Made by a program: the position numbers and the translations under genes. The notes under the pieces were generated by a model. That model had not been told where the DNA came from, ran no database searches, and saw only the letters and a list, made by a program, of their open reading frames with translations. Of a DNA stretch of 56,226 nt, positions 38,384 through 47,557 are shown one piece after another; the stretch's first letter is position 1, and each line of letters starts with the position of its first letter. The stretch is from positions 1 to 56,226 of IMG/VR virus record IMGVR_UViG_3300020409_000022, one strand, 5' to 3'. Source of the DNA: a virus. Lineage: Duplodnaviria; Caudoviricetes.

Positions 38384-38625
38384 TACTTTTTTGTTTTTGC
38401 TTCAGCAGGTTTAGTTTCATCCTTTTTTTCAAAGTACTTCAGTATCATGGCAAGCCTATCGTCATACTTACCGATTTCTGTAATCTCTTTATCTATAGAT
38501 TCCATTATATCGGAATGCTCCCCTATACCCACGGGAGTTCTTAGATAAATCTCCACGTTAGCTATATGCTTATTTATCTGTCCTGCATAATAGGACTTAG
38601 CTGCTGCTAATAACATTTCTCTCAT
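38383..38625 (-). CDS. Conserved marine phage hypothetical protein
   Basis: AAGGAG SD; ANVEIYL..PVGIGEHSDI. Confidence 0.8.
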   Translation of the reverse strand: MREMLLAAAKSYYAGQINKHIANVEIYLRTPVGIGEHSDIMESIDKEITEIGKYDDRLAMILKYFEKKDETKPAEAKTKK

Positions 38626-38798
38626 TTACTTCTCCTTAGGTTTTTAAAGTAGCTGTTATTGAATCCTCTTAACCATTCTTTACCTCTAAAAGAATTAGCA
38701 TTATAAGGATTAGTTCTTTCGTGCGTGCGACCTTTTGTTTTTGATGTTCTAAAAAAATCTTTTTGTCCTTGTTTAAAAAATCTATCTACAGTAGCCAT
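38622..38798 (-). CDS. 58-aa Rmf-like-fold peptide (not in ORF track)
   Basis: MATVDRFFKQGQKDFFRTSKTKGRTHERTNPYNANSFRGKEWLRGFNNSYFKNLRRSK; fills the gap; ATGA overlap. Confidence 0.6.
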   Translation of the reverse strand: MATVDRFFKQGQKDFFRTSKTKGRTHERTNPYNANSFRGKEWLRGFNNSYFKNLRRSK

Positions 38799-38805
38799 AC
38801 CACAT

Positions 38806-40737
38806 TTACTTTCCTATGTCAACTATTTCACAACTGTCTGCCGTGCAAGCAAGAGTTTGATTACCTACAGTGTTGTCTTCAGTTTCATAATCTTTTAACT
38901 TAGTCCAATCTATGAACTCTGGCATTTTTTTACTAAACTCTTTGTAATCTTTTTCAGAGCAATCTTGATATGGGGCTTGTTCATACACCATATCGTTACG
39001 TGGTAAAAAAGACAATCCAGAAGCTATATCAAAGTTATCATATATCCAACTGCCAGTTTTAAGCCACTCATCTTTTGCCACAGATACAGTTACAGATGGT
39101 TTGTGTTCACACCAGTTTTCTGCATATATTTTCCAAAAATCAAGTTGCTCTACTGCTGACATATCATCTCTTGTAATACAATCTTCGGGAGCTTTTATAG
39201 GAAAACTAAATACTGCGTTTTCTTTGCTCCACCCATCTGTTTCCCAAGGTATATTGTTATCCATCATAAATCTTGTGAGAGGGTCTTTTTTATCTCCACG
39301 AACTGTACGGATATAATACTTACTATGTCTAGCATGAATACCAGAAGCAGAATCTGTGAGTTGTGAAACTGTTCCAGAGGGTTTTACACAAGTAATAGCA
39401 GTTGATTGAGGAATGCCTAATAATTGTGCATATTTTTTGTTTGTTTCAACGGCAACCTCACGTAAAGTTTTCAATACTTCAGCTAAATTAGTTCCCTGGT
39501 CTGTGCCATTTGTAATAGCATTGTCCATTATACCCGTCATAGAGACCCCAAGCAGTCTTTCTTCTTCAGTATTCTTCTGCCACACCTTACGTAAGTAAGG
39601 AAAGTGAGTCAAAGTAGACTGGAAAGTTCCTATTATTGTAGCAGTGTGAACTTTAGCCTTTAGAGTGCTTAAGTTATCATTTCCTCGTACAATAACTTCA
39701 GATAAATTACAGAACTGGTAAGGTCTCAATATTATCTCGCTACAAGGATTAGTACCAAAGTCATACTCTGCATCTCTTCTGCCATTTTCTAATGCTTTAT
39801 TTTTTGCGGCACCTCTGTAGAACATGCCTCTTTCTCCAGTTCCAGACTCTGCAAGAGCAATCCACTCTCTCATAAATGTGTATGGGTCTGGTTTTTCTGT
39901 GTAAGCAACTGAATTATTTGACATTTGTCTTTGAGGTTCTGTTTTATAGAACTCTCCAGTTTTAGCGTGGCGCATTCTGTCGTCAGATAAATTAGACAGA
40001 CTAATCATTGCAGAACGTCTAACTCCGCCAGATACAACAACTTCACCAACTTTACACATTAAGTCGTGGCACTCTAAACTTGATAACTTTCTGCCACTTG
40101 CATCTCTAAATATCTTAACTGTGAACCTAAATAAATTATCCAAAGGTGCAGGTCCAGATGCTCTACCACCAAATATTTTTAATTTAGCTCCTGCAGGTCT
40201 AATTAAACTTAAATCCCATTTAGGTATTTCCCCTGCCCATAATAAAGCTAACAACTTACGGAATGCCTTTGCCCACCCCTCTTTGCTATCCTTGACAATT
40301 ATTGTTTCTTCTGTATCAAAAAGTAAAGCAGGTACTTCTGGAAGTTTACTTATAAAATTTCTTTCAACAGAAAACCCTACACCAGTTCCACACATAAGGA
40401 TATACATGGCTTCGTCAAATGCTTTAGGGTCATCAACGGGTAAATAAGAACAATTATACCCTGCAGTATTATCTCTATCTAATGCTTTACCTGCCGTCAT
40501 CATGGCTCTCATGGAAGGCATAACTTCTTGATGCATTATAGATTGTCTTATGTTTTCTTTTACTTCTTCATCTAAAGTAAAATTATGCTTTGTTTTCAGA
40601 TGCTTAACCATAAAATCTATATATCGACTTATAGTTTCGTGCCATTCTTCTCTTCTGTTTTCATCATCTATCCACCTAGCATACCTAGATTTGTGAATGA
40701 ATTGTTGGTAGTATGTTGGTAATGTTACATTGCTCAT
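38806..40737 (-). CDS. nrdJ: Class II (adenosylcobalamin-dependent) ribonucleotide reductase
   Basis: PSMR, NCSY, TNPCSEI, TCVKPSGT, C-terminal ACTADSCEI; no beta subunit or activase gene in the genome. Confidence 0.93.
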   Translation of the reverse strand: MSNVTLPTYYQQFIHKSRYARWIDDENRREEWHETISRYIDFMVKHLKTKHNFTLDEEVKENIRQSIMHQEVMPSMRAMMTAGKALDRDNTAGYNCSYLPVDDPKAFDEAMYILMCGTGVGFSVERNFISKLPEVPALLFDTEETIIVKDSKEGWAKAFRKLLALLWAGEIPKWDLSLIRPAGAKLKIFGGRASGPAPLDNLFRFTVKIFRDASGRKLSSLECHDLMCKVGEVVVSGGVRRSAMISLSNLSDDRMRHAKTGEFYKTEPQRQMSNNSVAYTEKPDPYTFMREWIALAESGTGERGMFYRGAAKNKALENGRRDAEYDFGTNPCSEIILRPYQFCNLSEVIVRGNDNLSTLKAKVHTATIIGTFQSTLTHFPYLRKVWQKNTEEERLLGVSMTGIMDNAITNGTDQGTNLAEVLKTLREVAVETNKKYAQLLGIPQSTAITCVKPSGTVSQLTDSASGIHARHSKYYIRTVRGDKKDPLTRFMMDNNIPWETDGWSKENAVFSFPIKAPEDCITRDDMSAVEQLDFWKIYAENWCEHKPSVTVSVAKDEWLKTGSWIYDNFDIASGLSFLPRNDMVYEQAPYQDCSEKDYKEFSKKMPEFIDWTKLKDYETEDNTVGNQTLACTADSCEIVDIGK

Positions 40738-40916
40738 CTAATTATCCTCACTGTTATATCTTTTACTTGCAATCCCGAAATCTCGTGGAGTAAATCTTGT
40801 AGTTGTTCTTCTACAAAAAAAGGTATTTCTTCACTATCAAGACATATTTCTTCTTGGTCTGCTACTGCTACTATTCTTATGTTTATCTTATGATTTAGGG
40901 TTCTCTTGTTTGTCAT
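40734..40916 (-). CDS. Hypothetical protein
   Basis: 60-aa ORF with overlaps at both ends. Confidence 0.6.
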   Translation of the reverse strand: MTNKRTLNHKINIRIVAVADQEEICLDSEEIPFFVEEQLQDLLHEISGLQVKDITVRIIR

Positions 40917-41217
40917 CTGTAATATCTATTAAGTAATTTAGATACCATTGTGCCTTATGTAAATCTTCTAAAGGCTTTCCTTTGTATCTATATCTCCACA
41001 AGTACTTTAATATATTTCCTTGTAAATAATGCTCAAAGCCTTCACCAGTAGCGGCTTCTATAGCATCAATACACTCAATGCCGAACTCATTATAATGAGC
41101 AGGGCTATTAACATTGTCATGTTCTTTGAATAACTTAAGTTGACTTTCTTTTTCTTGTTCCAAATGTTCTCTCACTTCTTTAAATCTATTTCTTATAGCT
41201 TCTCTGTACATCCCCAT
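40888..41217 (-). CDS. DUF3310 / T7 gp1.7-like nucleotide kinase family protein
   Basis: VNSPAHY...IECIDAI...GNILKYLWRY..KG...EDL.KA.WYL. Confidence 0.85.
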   Translation of the reverse strand: MGMYREAIRNRFKEVREHLEQEKESQLKLFKEHDNVNSPAHYNEFGIECIDAIEAATGEGFEHYLQGNILKYLWRYRYKGKPLEDLHKAQWYLNYLIDITDDKQENPKS

Positions 41218-41229
41218 TTTTTATCCTTT

Positions 41230-41469
41230 CTAATGTATAGTGACTGAAGGCATGGTATCATCAAAACTACTTCTTCCGTCTTCAAGTACGTCATCTGTGT
41301 AATTAACTGCCCCATATGCCATTCCTCTTGTTAAAAGAGCATAGAACATAACATCTTCTTCTGTCAATAATTTTTTGTCCATTTTGTGATAAATTTCTAT
41401 ATCAAACCCTTGGTCTTTATGTCTTATGATAACTGCTGAATCACCTTTGTTTAAACTTAGTTTACTCAT
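41230..41469 (-). CDS. Hypothetical protein
   Basis: 79-aa ORF with AGGAGGAG SD. Confidence 0.7.
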   Translation of the reverse strand: MSKLSLNKGDSAVIIRHKDQGFDIEIYHKMDKKLLTEEDVMFYALLTRGMAYGAVNYTDDVLEDGRSSFDDTMPSVTIH

Positions 41470-41818
41470 GTTCTCCTCCTACATCATCTGGGTCATATTT
41501 AAATCTTTTTCCATTGTAATACATATATCTACTTCTGCTAGGGGTATGATATCCTTTTCTTAAAAAGAAAGTTGGTTTTCTTTTTGCAGTTTCAAACGTA
41601 GCAACAGTTATAACAATAGCAGCTAAAATAAATACGTGAGCAATCGCAGTTATGCCAAACACCCACATACTTCCAAAATACATAGAAAATGCTATACACC
41701 ACATCCATGCTAATACTTGCATAACCATATGCCTAGCATTTAAATCTGGTATGTATTTCAGAGGATTATGTTCATAGTTCATAACCATTTCCCATAAATT
41801 GTAAACTAATTTTCTCAT
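41462..41818 (-). CDS. Membrane protein with two hydrophobic helices
   Basis: NPLKYIPD...MQVLAWMWCIAFS...AH...T.ATF. Confidence 0.75.
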   Translation of the reverse strand: MRKLVYNLWEMVMNYEHNPLKYIPDLNARHMVMQVLAWMWCIAFSMYFGSMWVFGITAIAHVFILAAIVITVATFETAKRKPTFFLRKGYHTPSRSRYMYYNGKRFKYDPDDVGGEHE

Positions 41819-41934
41819 GTTATAAGCTCCGCAAACACTGCGTATACTGCATATGAGTAAAGTAATATTATTACTAATTTTAGTACTTTATTGAATGAAT
41901 CATCTGCCATTTTGTCCCAATGTGGTCTAGTCAT
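41815..41934 (-). CDS. 39-aa single-TM peptide (not in ORF track)
   Basis: MTRPHWDKMADDSFNKVLKLVIILLYSYAVYAVFAELIT; overlaps both neighbours. Confidence 0.55.
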   Translation of the reverse strand: MTRPHWDKMADDSFNKVLKLVIILLYSYAVYAVFAELIT

Positions 41935-42271
41935 TTTTAATACCTAATTTTATAAAATGTTCTGCATCTACTATAGCAAGAGGCTTCTCTCTATTCATCT
42001 TTATAATAACTACGGGTTCTCCCAACTCTTCATAACTACATGCTTGTCTATAGTAATTATACAAAGTCCGTGTTCTTTCAGTGTTTTTACACTCTATACT
42101 GTAAGGAAACTTTTTTAGTGCTTGTGAAGAAAGTTGGACATCAACTCCATTTACTCCCATAGGAGTCGATTTGATGTCCAGGTTAGTTAGATTAGTCATC
42201 AGACTTAGTAGTTTCTCCACTACCCATTGCTGAAGTTTTCTTCCCTTTGCTTTTGCTGACCTTGGGCTCAT
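41927..42271 (-). CDS. Holliday junction resolvase-like PD-(D/E)xK nuclease
   Basis: Likely start MSPRSAKAKGRKLQ; MGVNGVDVQL, YSIECKN, EPVVIIK. Confidence 0.78.
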   Translation of the reverse strand: MSPRSAKAKGRKLQQWVVEKLLSLMTNLTNLDIKSTPMGVNGVDVQLSSQALKKFPYSIECKNTERTRTLYNYYRQACSYEELGEPVVIIKMNREKPLAIVDAEHFIKLGIKND

Positions 42272-42458
42272 CTTCTTTTTCTGATTTAATGTTATAGATA
42301 GCTTTTTTTGGGAACGTATAACTTGTCTTTTCTGACGTTGTGAGGGTGACGAACTCTGTTTCGTTGTTGAGTTGGTCGATAAAGTCTTTCGCATCTTCGT
42401 CAGACGTTCTAAAGATTTTATGACTTGTTTGTCCATCCTCTTCCTTAAGAGTTATCGT
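42192..42458 (-). CDS. Hypothetical acidic protein; start uncertain
   Basis: Natural-looking reading frame filling the gap between exonuclease and resolvase, but no nearby ATG/GTG/TTG. Confidence 0.45.
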   Translation of the reverse strand, partial: TITLKEEDGQTSHKIFRTSDEDAKDFIDQLNNETEFVTLTTSEKTSYTFPKKAIYNIKSEKEDEPKVSKSKGKKTSAMGSGETTKSDD

Positions 42459-43335
42459 TAAGTCTGTCCTGCCACTCTTCTGAGATGTAGGTGTAGTATA
42501 CCCATTTTGGGTTTTTGCCTTTGCTTGGGAGTTGTCGTCTGAACTCAATATTTCCCCAACAGTCATATTTGTAGGGACAATAACTGCATTCAATGCCCAA
42601 GGTGCGGTTTCCTGTAGGTTTTCCATAATAAACTTCTTCATTGTCGGTGAAGCTACGTTGAAAAGGTTTGTCGCTGGATATCGCTTTGACCACTTTACGT
42701 ATGTTGTCATAAACATTCTCTCTTTCTTCTTTGTTGTCTACTGCCTCAGCTACTGCTATTTCACCAGTAGATTTATTTACTGCTAACCACCCACGAAAAG
42801 GGACTTTGTTAGCCATTCCGTATCCCAACCCTTGGGATACATAACCGAATGAATCGGATTCTTTTATTCTCTCAAACGCATTGTCTGATTTAAATTTATA
42901 TTCAAAAGCATATGGAGATACAGTTTTTATATCATATATGCCATCATCTAATTCAATATCGAACTCTCCAGTTATTGAGTTCTTTTTGTCTATTTTTAAT
43001 TCTACTTTTTTATGTTTGTTTTTTACATTGACTCCTGCCGCTTCTAATAATGATATAACTAAGGCTTCTATTACATCCCCTAATATCATTCTCATCTTGA
43101 AATCATATGTTGGAGTCTCTGGCTTTACATTCTTGGCTTGCATCTGTAGTTGGCATAAAGGTCTGCCAACATTACTCATTCGTAAATAAAAATCTTTGTT
43201 TTCGTTTGTAAATTGTTTTTCTAAGGCTTTTTGTGCAGACTTGCCAAAGTCTTCTAAAATGTGACGAGGCATTTCTGCCTCGCCTTGAGCTGCCTTTGAA
43301 AGGAAAGAAAGTAGGGCAGCTTCAACTTTGTTCAT
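42445..43335 (-). CDS. Cas4-like PD-(D/E)xK exonuclease
   Basis: LRMSNVG, GEFD, YDIKT, QxxGY, C-terminal CSYCPYKYDCW. Confidence 0.85.
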   Translation of the reverse strand: MNKVEAALLSFLSKAAQGEAEMPRHILEDFGKSAQKALEKQFTNENKDFYLRMSNVGRPLCQLQMQAKNVKPETPTYDFKMRMILGDVIEALVISLLEAAGVNVKNKHKKVELKIDKKNSITGEFDIELDDGIYDIKTVSPYAFEYKFKSDNAFERIKESDSFGYVSQGLGYGMANKVPFRGWLAVNKSTGEIAVAEAVDNKEERENVYDNIRKVVKAISSDKPFQRSFTDNEEVYYGKPTGNRTLGIECSYCPYKYDCWGNIEFRRQLPSKGKNPKWVYYTYISEEWQDRLNDNS

Positions 43336-44204
43336 GCTCTCATGTCTTCTGGTAGGTCGTCATTCAGAGCATTATCCCCAGAAATATCTACTGGAGAACT
43401 CTCGGCATCTATATAATCACCCTTACTAATAAGAGCTTTATCATACTCTGCCATTACCTGCTTGTTTTCACCATCAATATTAGACATAAAGTGTTCTAGT
43501 AAAGATTGGTCGTCTGGTGTAAAATCGGCAGGTCCTTCAGACACCTTAAAACCTGCGACATAATATACCAAGCCACCATTTTTCTTCTTTTCTAACGAAC
43601 CTCTCAGTTTGTAGAATATGAACGGCTTCTTTTGTGCCGATAGTGAATCAAGGGGAACTGAAATAGGCATAAAATTACTACCTCTGGCTCTCCATAGGAC
43701 AGGTAAATCTCCTACATCCACTTTTTGACCTTCATGGTCAACGGCATCTATTAACGAGACTTTGCCATATAGCATTCTAAAGCATTTGATGGATTTCTGT
43801 AAAAGTGCTTGGTCTGCTGACAAACCCTCTCTTTGACTAGCTGGCACTGAGCCACACCTCATAGTCCCCATGATGTCTGGAACTTCTGTTTGGGGGTAAA
43901 GGTTTTTAGCCAAAATTGATTTGTTTACAAATTCATTTGCTTCAGCATCATAGTGAACGTACTGATACCTCTGCACGAAAACTTGTAAATCAATCTCTTT
44001 CGCATACACAGTTTTATCTGGTAGCGTTATAGACCAAGAACCTGCTGGGATACTTCTACCCTCATCATCTTCATGGTCTCTATTTATTTTAAGAAATAGA
44101 TGTGTAGATATACCAGTGTTTTCACTTGGTAACTCTTGACCTATTACTTTTGCAATGTCTTCAAATGAAGTTTTTGCGGTTACTGTGGGTAATGATGTCA
44201 TCAA
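43332..44204 (-). CDS. Putative single-stranded DNA-binding protein
   Basis: Between polymerase and exonuclease; beta-rich; acidic tail ...NDDLPEDMRA; AGGAGG SD. Confidence 0.6.
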   Translation of the reverse strand: MMTSLPTVTAKTSFEDIAKVIGQELPSENTGISTHLFLKINRDHEDDEGRSIPAGSWSITLPDKTVYAKEIDLQVFVQRYQYVHYDAEANEFVNKSILAKNLYPQTEVPDIMGTMRCGSVPASQREGLSADQALLQKSIKCFRMLYGKVSLIDAVDHEGQKVDVGDLPVLWRARGSNFMPISVPLDSLSAQKKPFIFYKLRGSLEKKKNGGLVYYVAGFKVSEGPADFTPDDQSLLEHFMSNIDGENKQVMAEYDKALISKGDYIDAESSPVDISGDNALNDDLPEDMRA

Positions 44205-44243
44205 TACCTCCTTTCATAAAGTATAATTTATACTACATTGTTT

Positions 44244-46349
44244 TTAGTTAGTCAAATAAAAAGTTTCCATATCTAACCAATTATTTCCTATCTCTATATC
44301 CACTGCTAATGGCACATTCCATTTTATGTTGTAGACATCTTCAAACTGCTTGTCCACCTCTGTCATAGCCTTATGTGTCAACTTAGCTACGAGGTTCTCT
44401 TCCCCTGGAAATATATCTAGTACAATAGAATCATGCACAGTATTTATGATTTTAGATGTTACATTGTGAGTGTCAAGGAGTTTTTGTAGTTCTATTAATG
44501 CTAATGGAACAATGCATCCTCCTGCCACACCTTGAACTGGGTAATTTTTTATAGAAGGTGCTCCAGATGCCGAACCACTAGCAAGTCTTCTAGTATCGGG
44601 GAAAGCAAACTGCTGACCAGTATAGACACTAACTATACCATGTGAAATAGCTTCGGTTTGCAACATCTCATGCCACTTTCCTAGCTTAGGATACTTCTCT
44701 ACGAAGGCTTGGTAGTATGCGGTCTCATTTGGGGTACCCGTAGTACCCCCGTATAAAGGCTTAAAGGTGTGAGCCTTAGCTTGTGTACGCTCTTCCTTAG
44801 TTACATCCTTCTCTGACTTCTGAAATATTATGGAAGCCGTATATGTATGCACATCTTTACCATCTATTATATCTTGATACATAACCTCATCACCACATAA
44901 CTGTGCGGCAACTCTAAACTCTAACTGACTATAGTCCGCTTGTAATATTTTACCTTTATCAAACCTAGACACGACAACTGCCCTAACAGGAAATGTGTTA
45001 CCTCTAGGTTGATTTTGGAAGTTAGGGTCGGAAGACGACAATCTTGTTGTTCTCGTTATACATTGATTAAACTTAGGATGTAATCTGTGATTAGATTTTG
45101 TGTTTCTTTCTATACCACCAACAAAACTAGACAAGTAAACATCTACTGCATTTAGCCGAACTGTTGATTGTAGAAAACTTATAGCATCTTCATTTTTTCT
45201 ATACTTAGCAACATCAAGTAAACGAACTAGAGTTCTTTTATCTGTGGCAAAACCATTAGCAGATACATCCCATATATCTCTTGGGTTCATTGTGAGTCCT
45301 GCAACTTTAGGAAAAGGTATGTACAAATAACCTTTGCCTTGACACTTAGGACACTTAGTAGCTTTTTTCCAACGAGTGCCATCTTTTTTTAATTTAAAAT
45401 ATTCCCCTCTGCCTTTGCAATAGTCACAATGTTGTGCTTTTGTTTTGTGAACTCTGTCAGTTAATATTTTAACTTTGGTGGCAAAATGAGAGAATCCCAT
45501 TCTTGGTCTAAGCAAAGGTTTACCTTTTTCATTTGTCCCTATATTAAACTCTTGTGCCCATCTCTTTTTATCTTTTACTTTTCTTGAATATATGAGTTGA
45601 CTTAACTGCTCTGGAGAAGCAAAATTAATTGGTGTGTCGCCCATGACGTTATGGGTTATAGATTCCATAACAGATTTCAGCTCTGTCTGTTCTTTTTGAT
45701 AATCTGATTTTACATCTTGTAACTTATCTAAATTAATGTGAATGCCGTTCTGCTCAATCTTTGCTAGAACTGGTAAAAAATCGTTCATAAGTTTTAAGTG
45801 AGGTCTCATATTTACAAACCCCTCTTTTGTGAATAAAACTTTTTGTGCTTGGTATAACTCTCTAGTGGATATAATATCTGCTAATCCATATTCTTCAACA
45901 ATGTGAATCGGCATGGTGTCAAAGCCTTTTCCATCAGATAAATAATCTTGTACAATAGAGGACTTTTTCATGGATACTTTGCGTCTAATACAAGAGTCCG
46001 CCAAACTTATGCCCCACTTTTGGCTACGGAGAAGTAAATACTCACCAATCATTGTGTCATACACTTTGCCATTGTATGTGAATCCACTCTCCCATAACCA
46101 TACCAAATCAAACTTAATATTATGCCCAACCAAAAGTTGTGAATTATCCAAGGTCTGCTGAACTTTTGTGAATGAATTTTTAGTATCAAATGTTTTGTCC
46201 TTGTGATGAAACCAATGAAACTGAGGTTCTCCGTCATCACAAGCATATTGAACGGAAACTAATTTATTTGAAGGTGTGAATGGTAACGGGTCTGTTCTTT
46301 TGTTTTCATCTATTGTGAATGTAGTTTCTACATCTAAATATGTAATCAT
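44244..46349 (-). CDS. polA: Family A DNA polymerase with 3'-5' exonuclease and DnaJ-like zinc-finger insert
   Basis: YLDVET, GHNIKFD; CDYCKGRG and CPKCQGKG; motifs A (ADYSQLE), B (RTQAKAHTFKPLYG), C (VHDS). Confidence 0.96.
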   Translation of the reverse strand: MITYLDVETTFTIDENKRTDPLPFTPSNKLVSVQYACDDGEPQFHWFHHKDKTFDTKNSFTKVQQTLDNSQLLVGHNIKFDLVWLWESGFTYNGKVYDTMIGEYLLLRSQKWGISLADSCIRRKVSMKKSSIVQDYLSDGKGFDTMPIHIVEEYGLADIISTRELYQAQKVLFTKEGFVNMRPHLKLMNDFLPVLAKIEQNGIHINLDKLQDVKSDYQKEQTELKSVMESITHNVMGDTPINFASPEQLSQLIYSRKVKDKKRWAQEFNIGTNEKGKPLLRPRMGFSHFATKVKILTDRVHKTKAQHCDYCKGRGEYFKLKKDGTRWKKATKCPKCQGKGYLYIPFPKVAGLTMNPRDIWDVSANGFATDKRTLVRLLDVAKYRKNEDAISFLQSTVRLNAVDVYLSSFVGGIERNTKSNHRLHPKFNQCITRTTRLSSSDPNFQNQPRGNTFPVRAVVVSRFDKGKILQADYSQLEFRVAAQLCGDEVMYQDIIDGKDVHTYTASIIFQKSEKDVTKEERTQAKAHTFKPLYGGTTGTPNETAYYQAFVEKYPKLGKWHEMLQTEAISHGIVSVYTGQQFAFPDTRRLASGSASGAPSIKNYPVQGVAGGCIVPLALIELQKLLDTHNVTSKIINTVHDSIVLDIFPGEENLVAKLTHKAMTEVDKQFEDVYNIKWNVPLAVDIEIGNNWLDMETFYLTN

Positions 46350-47557
46350 GCCGTATACCTGCTTAAATCTGTGTTAAGATTACAAATAATATTACCATGA
46401 AAACCTGTCAACTTATTTTTTGATATTGTTAAATATCTTTTAGTATCTTGGCTATCTGTTATATCTGATTTACCTATACCAACTATTAAGTCAGCTTCAG
46501 CCGCTTTACCAGTTTTACTATTCTCCATCATTGCATAAGTTACATTTGTTTTACCCTCAGCATCTGCTGATGCTTGACTTACCCCTATCCCAAACAGATT
46601 GTGCCTTTTGCATATCTCTCTAAACTTAGTATATATGCACCTTAATTTTTCATCTGTTCTAGCAAAAGTACCCATGACATTTATTTTATCAAGTTGGTCT
46701 ATAATTAAGATGTCTGGTTTTTTATCTTCGCAATAAGTATTTAACCATTCTATAGAGGCATCTACATAATCAACCATAGTTATGTTCTGTGCTATCTCAT
46801 TGAACTTATCTGATACTTGTGAACGATTTGTGTATATCTGTTTATCTGTTACGCCTGCATATGATGATACTGCTCTTAACATAGTTCTTCTAGCAGGTTC
46901 TTCGTTTGTAATAATGTGAACATTAGCCCCTTGTGAACAAAAGCCGTTTGGTGATGCAACTAACGACACATAAAATGCAGTTTTACCTACCTCTGGTCTA
47001 GCAAAAGCAATCATAAACTCTCCACCTTTGCCACCTCGAACAACACGACTTAGACTTGGTATGTTAAACTGCCAACAGTTTTCATTATCATTATGTTCTA
47101 AAAGTGTTTGTAAATCTGTTGTTATAGGCACAACATCATCTTCTGGTACGAAACCTTCTTGTGATTTTTCTAGCAAAACTTTTATATCATGTAGTTTCTC
47201 TGGGTGTCCTTCCATAATAGCCAATCCTAAATCAGCTATGTTTCTTCCTATCTCTTGTTGCCACATTTTTTGTAACACATCTTTAGCAACATCATTTCCT
47301 ATATCTTCCATATCCTCTATGTCAGATAAAACTTCTGCTATAACTTCTCTTTTTGCACGAGTGGCAGTTGGGTTCTCCACACGATAAACTTCCCTTACTT
47401 CAATGTTATTTAAATCTCTTTCGTATTTACCATGACAAGTTACAATCGTGTCATATAAGTCTGCCAATTCATTTGGGAACATTGAACGCAAAACCCTATG
47501 TTTGTTCTCATCAAAAAAATCCTTTTGCATCAATAACTTAATTAGTTGTTTTTCCAT
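46346..47557 (-). CDS. DnaB-like (SF4) replicative helicase
   Basis: Walker A ARPEVGKT, ITNEE, IIDQLD, VSQA, ISKNKL. Confidence 0.93.
   Translation of the reverse strand: MEKQLIKLLMQKDFFDENKHRVLRSMFPNELADLYDTIVTCHGKYERDLNNIEVREVYRVENPTATRAKREVIAEVLSDIEDMEDIGNDVAKDVLQKMWQQEIGRNIADLGLAIMEGHPEKLHDIKVLLEKSQEGFVPEDDVVPITTDLQTLLEHNDNENCWQFNIPSLSRVVRGGKGGEFMIAFARPEVGKTAFYVSLVASPNGFCSQGANVHIITNEEPARRTMLRAVSSYAGVTDKQIYTNRSQVSDKFNEIAQNITMVDYVDASIEWLNTYCEDKKPDILIIDQLDKINVMGTFARTDEKLRCIYTKFREICKRHNLFGIGVSQASADAEGKTNVTYAMMENSKTGKAAEADLIVGIGKSDITDSQDTKRYLTISKNKLTGFHGNIICNLNTDLSRYTA

Noticed and set aside
42445-43335. Cas4-like gene as evidence of a CRISPR-Cas system
   Set aside because: Solo Cas4-like nucleases are normal in phage replication modules; no array or other cas genes
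38806-46349. Introns or inteins in RNR or DNA polymerase
   Set aside because: Both ORFs are continuous and of normal length, with no intein splice motifs; the polymerase insert is a short zinc finger
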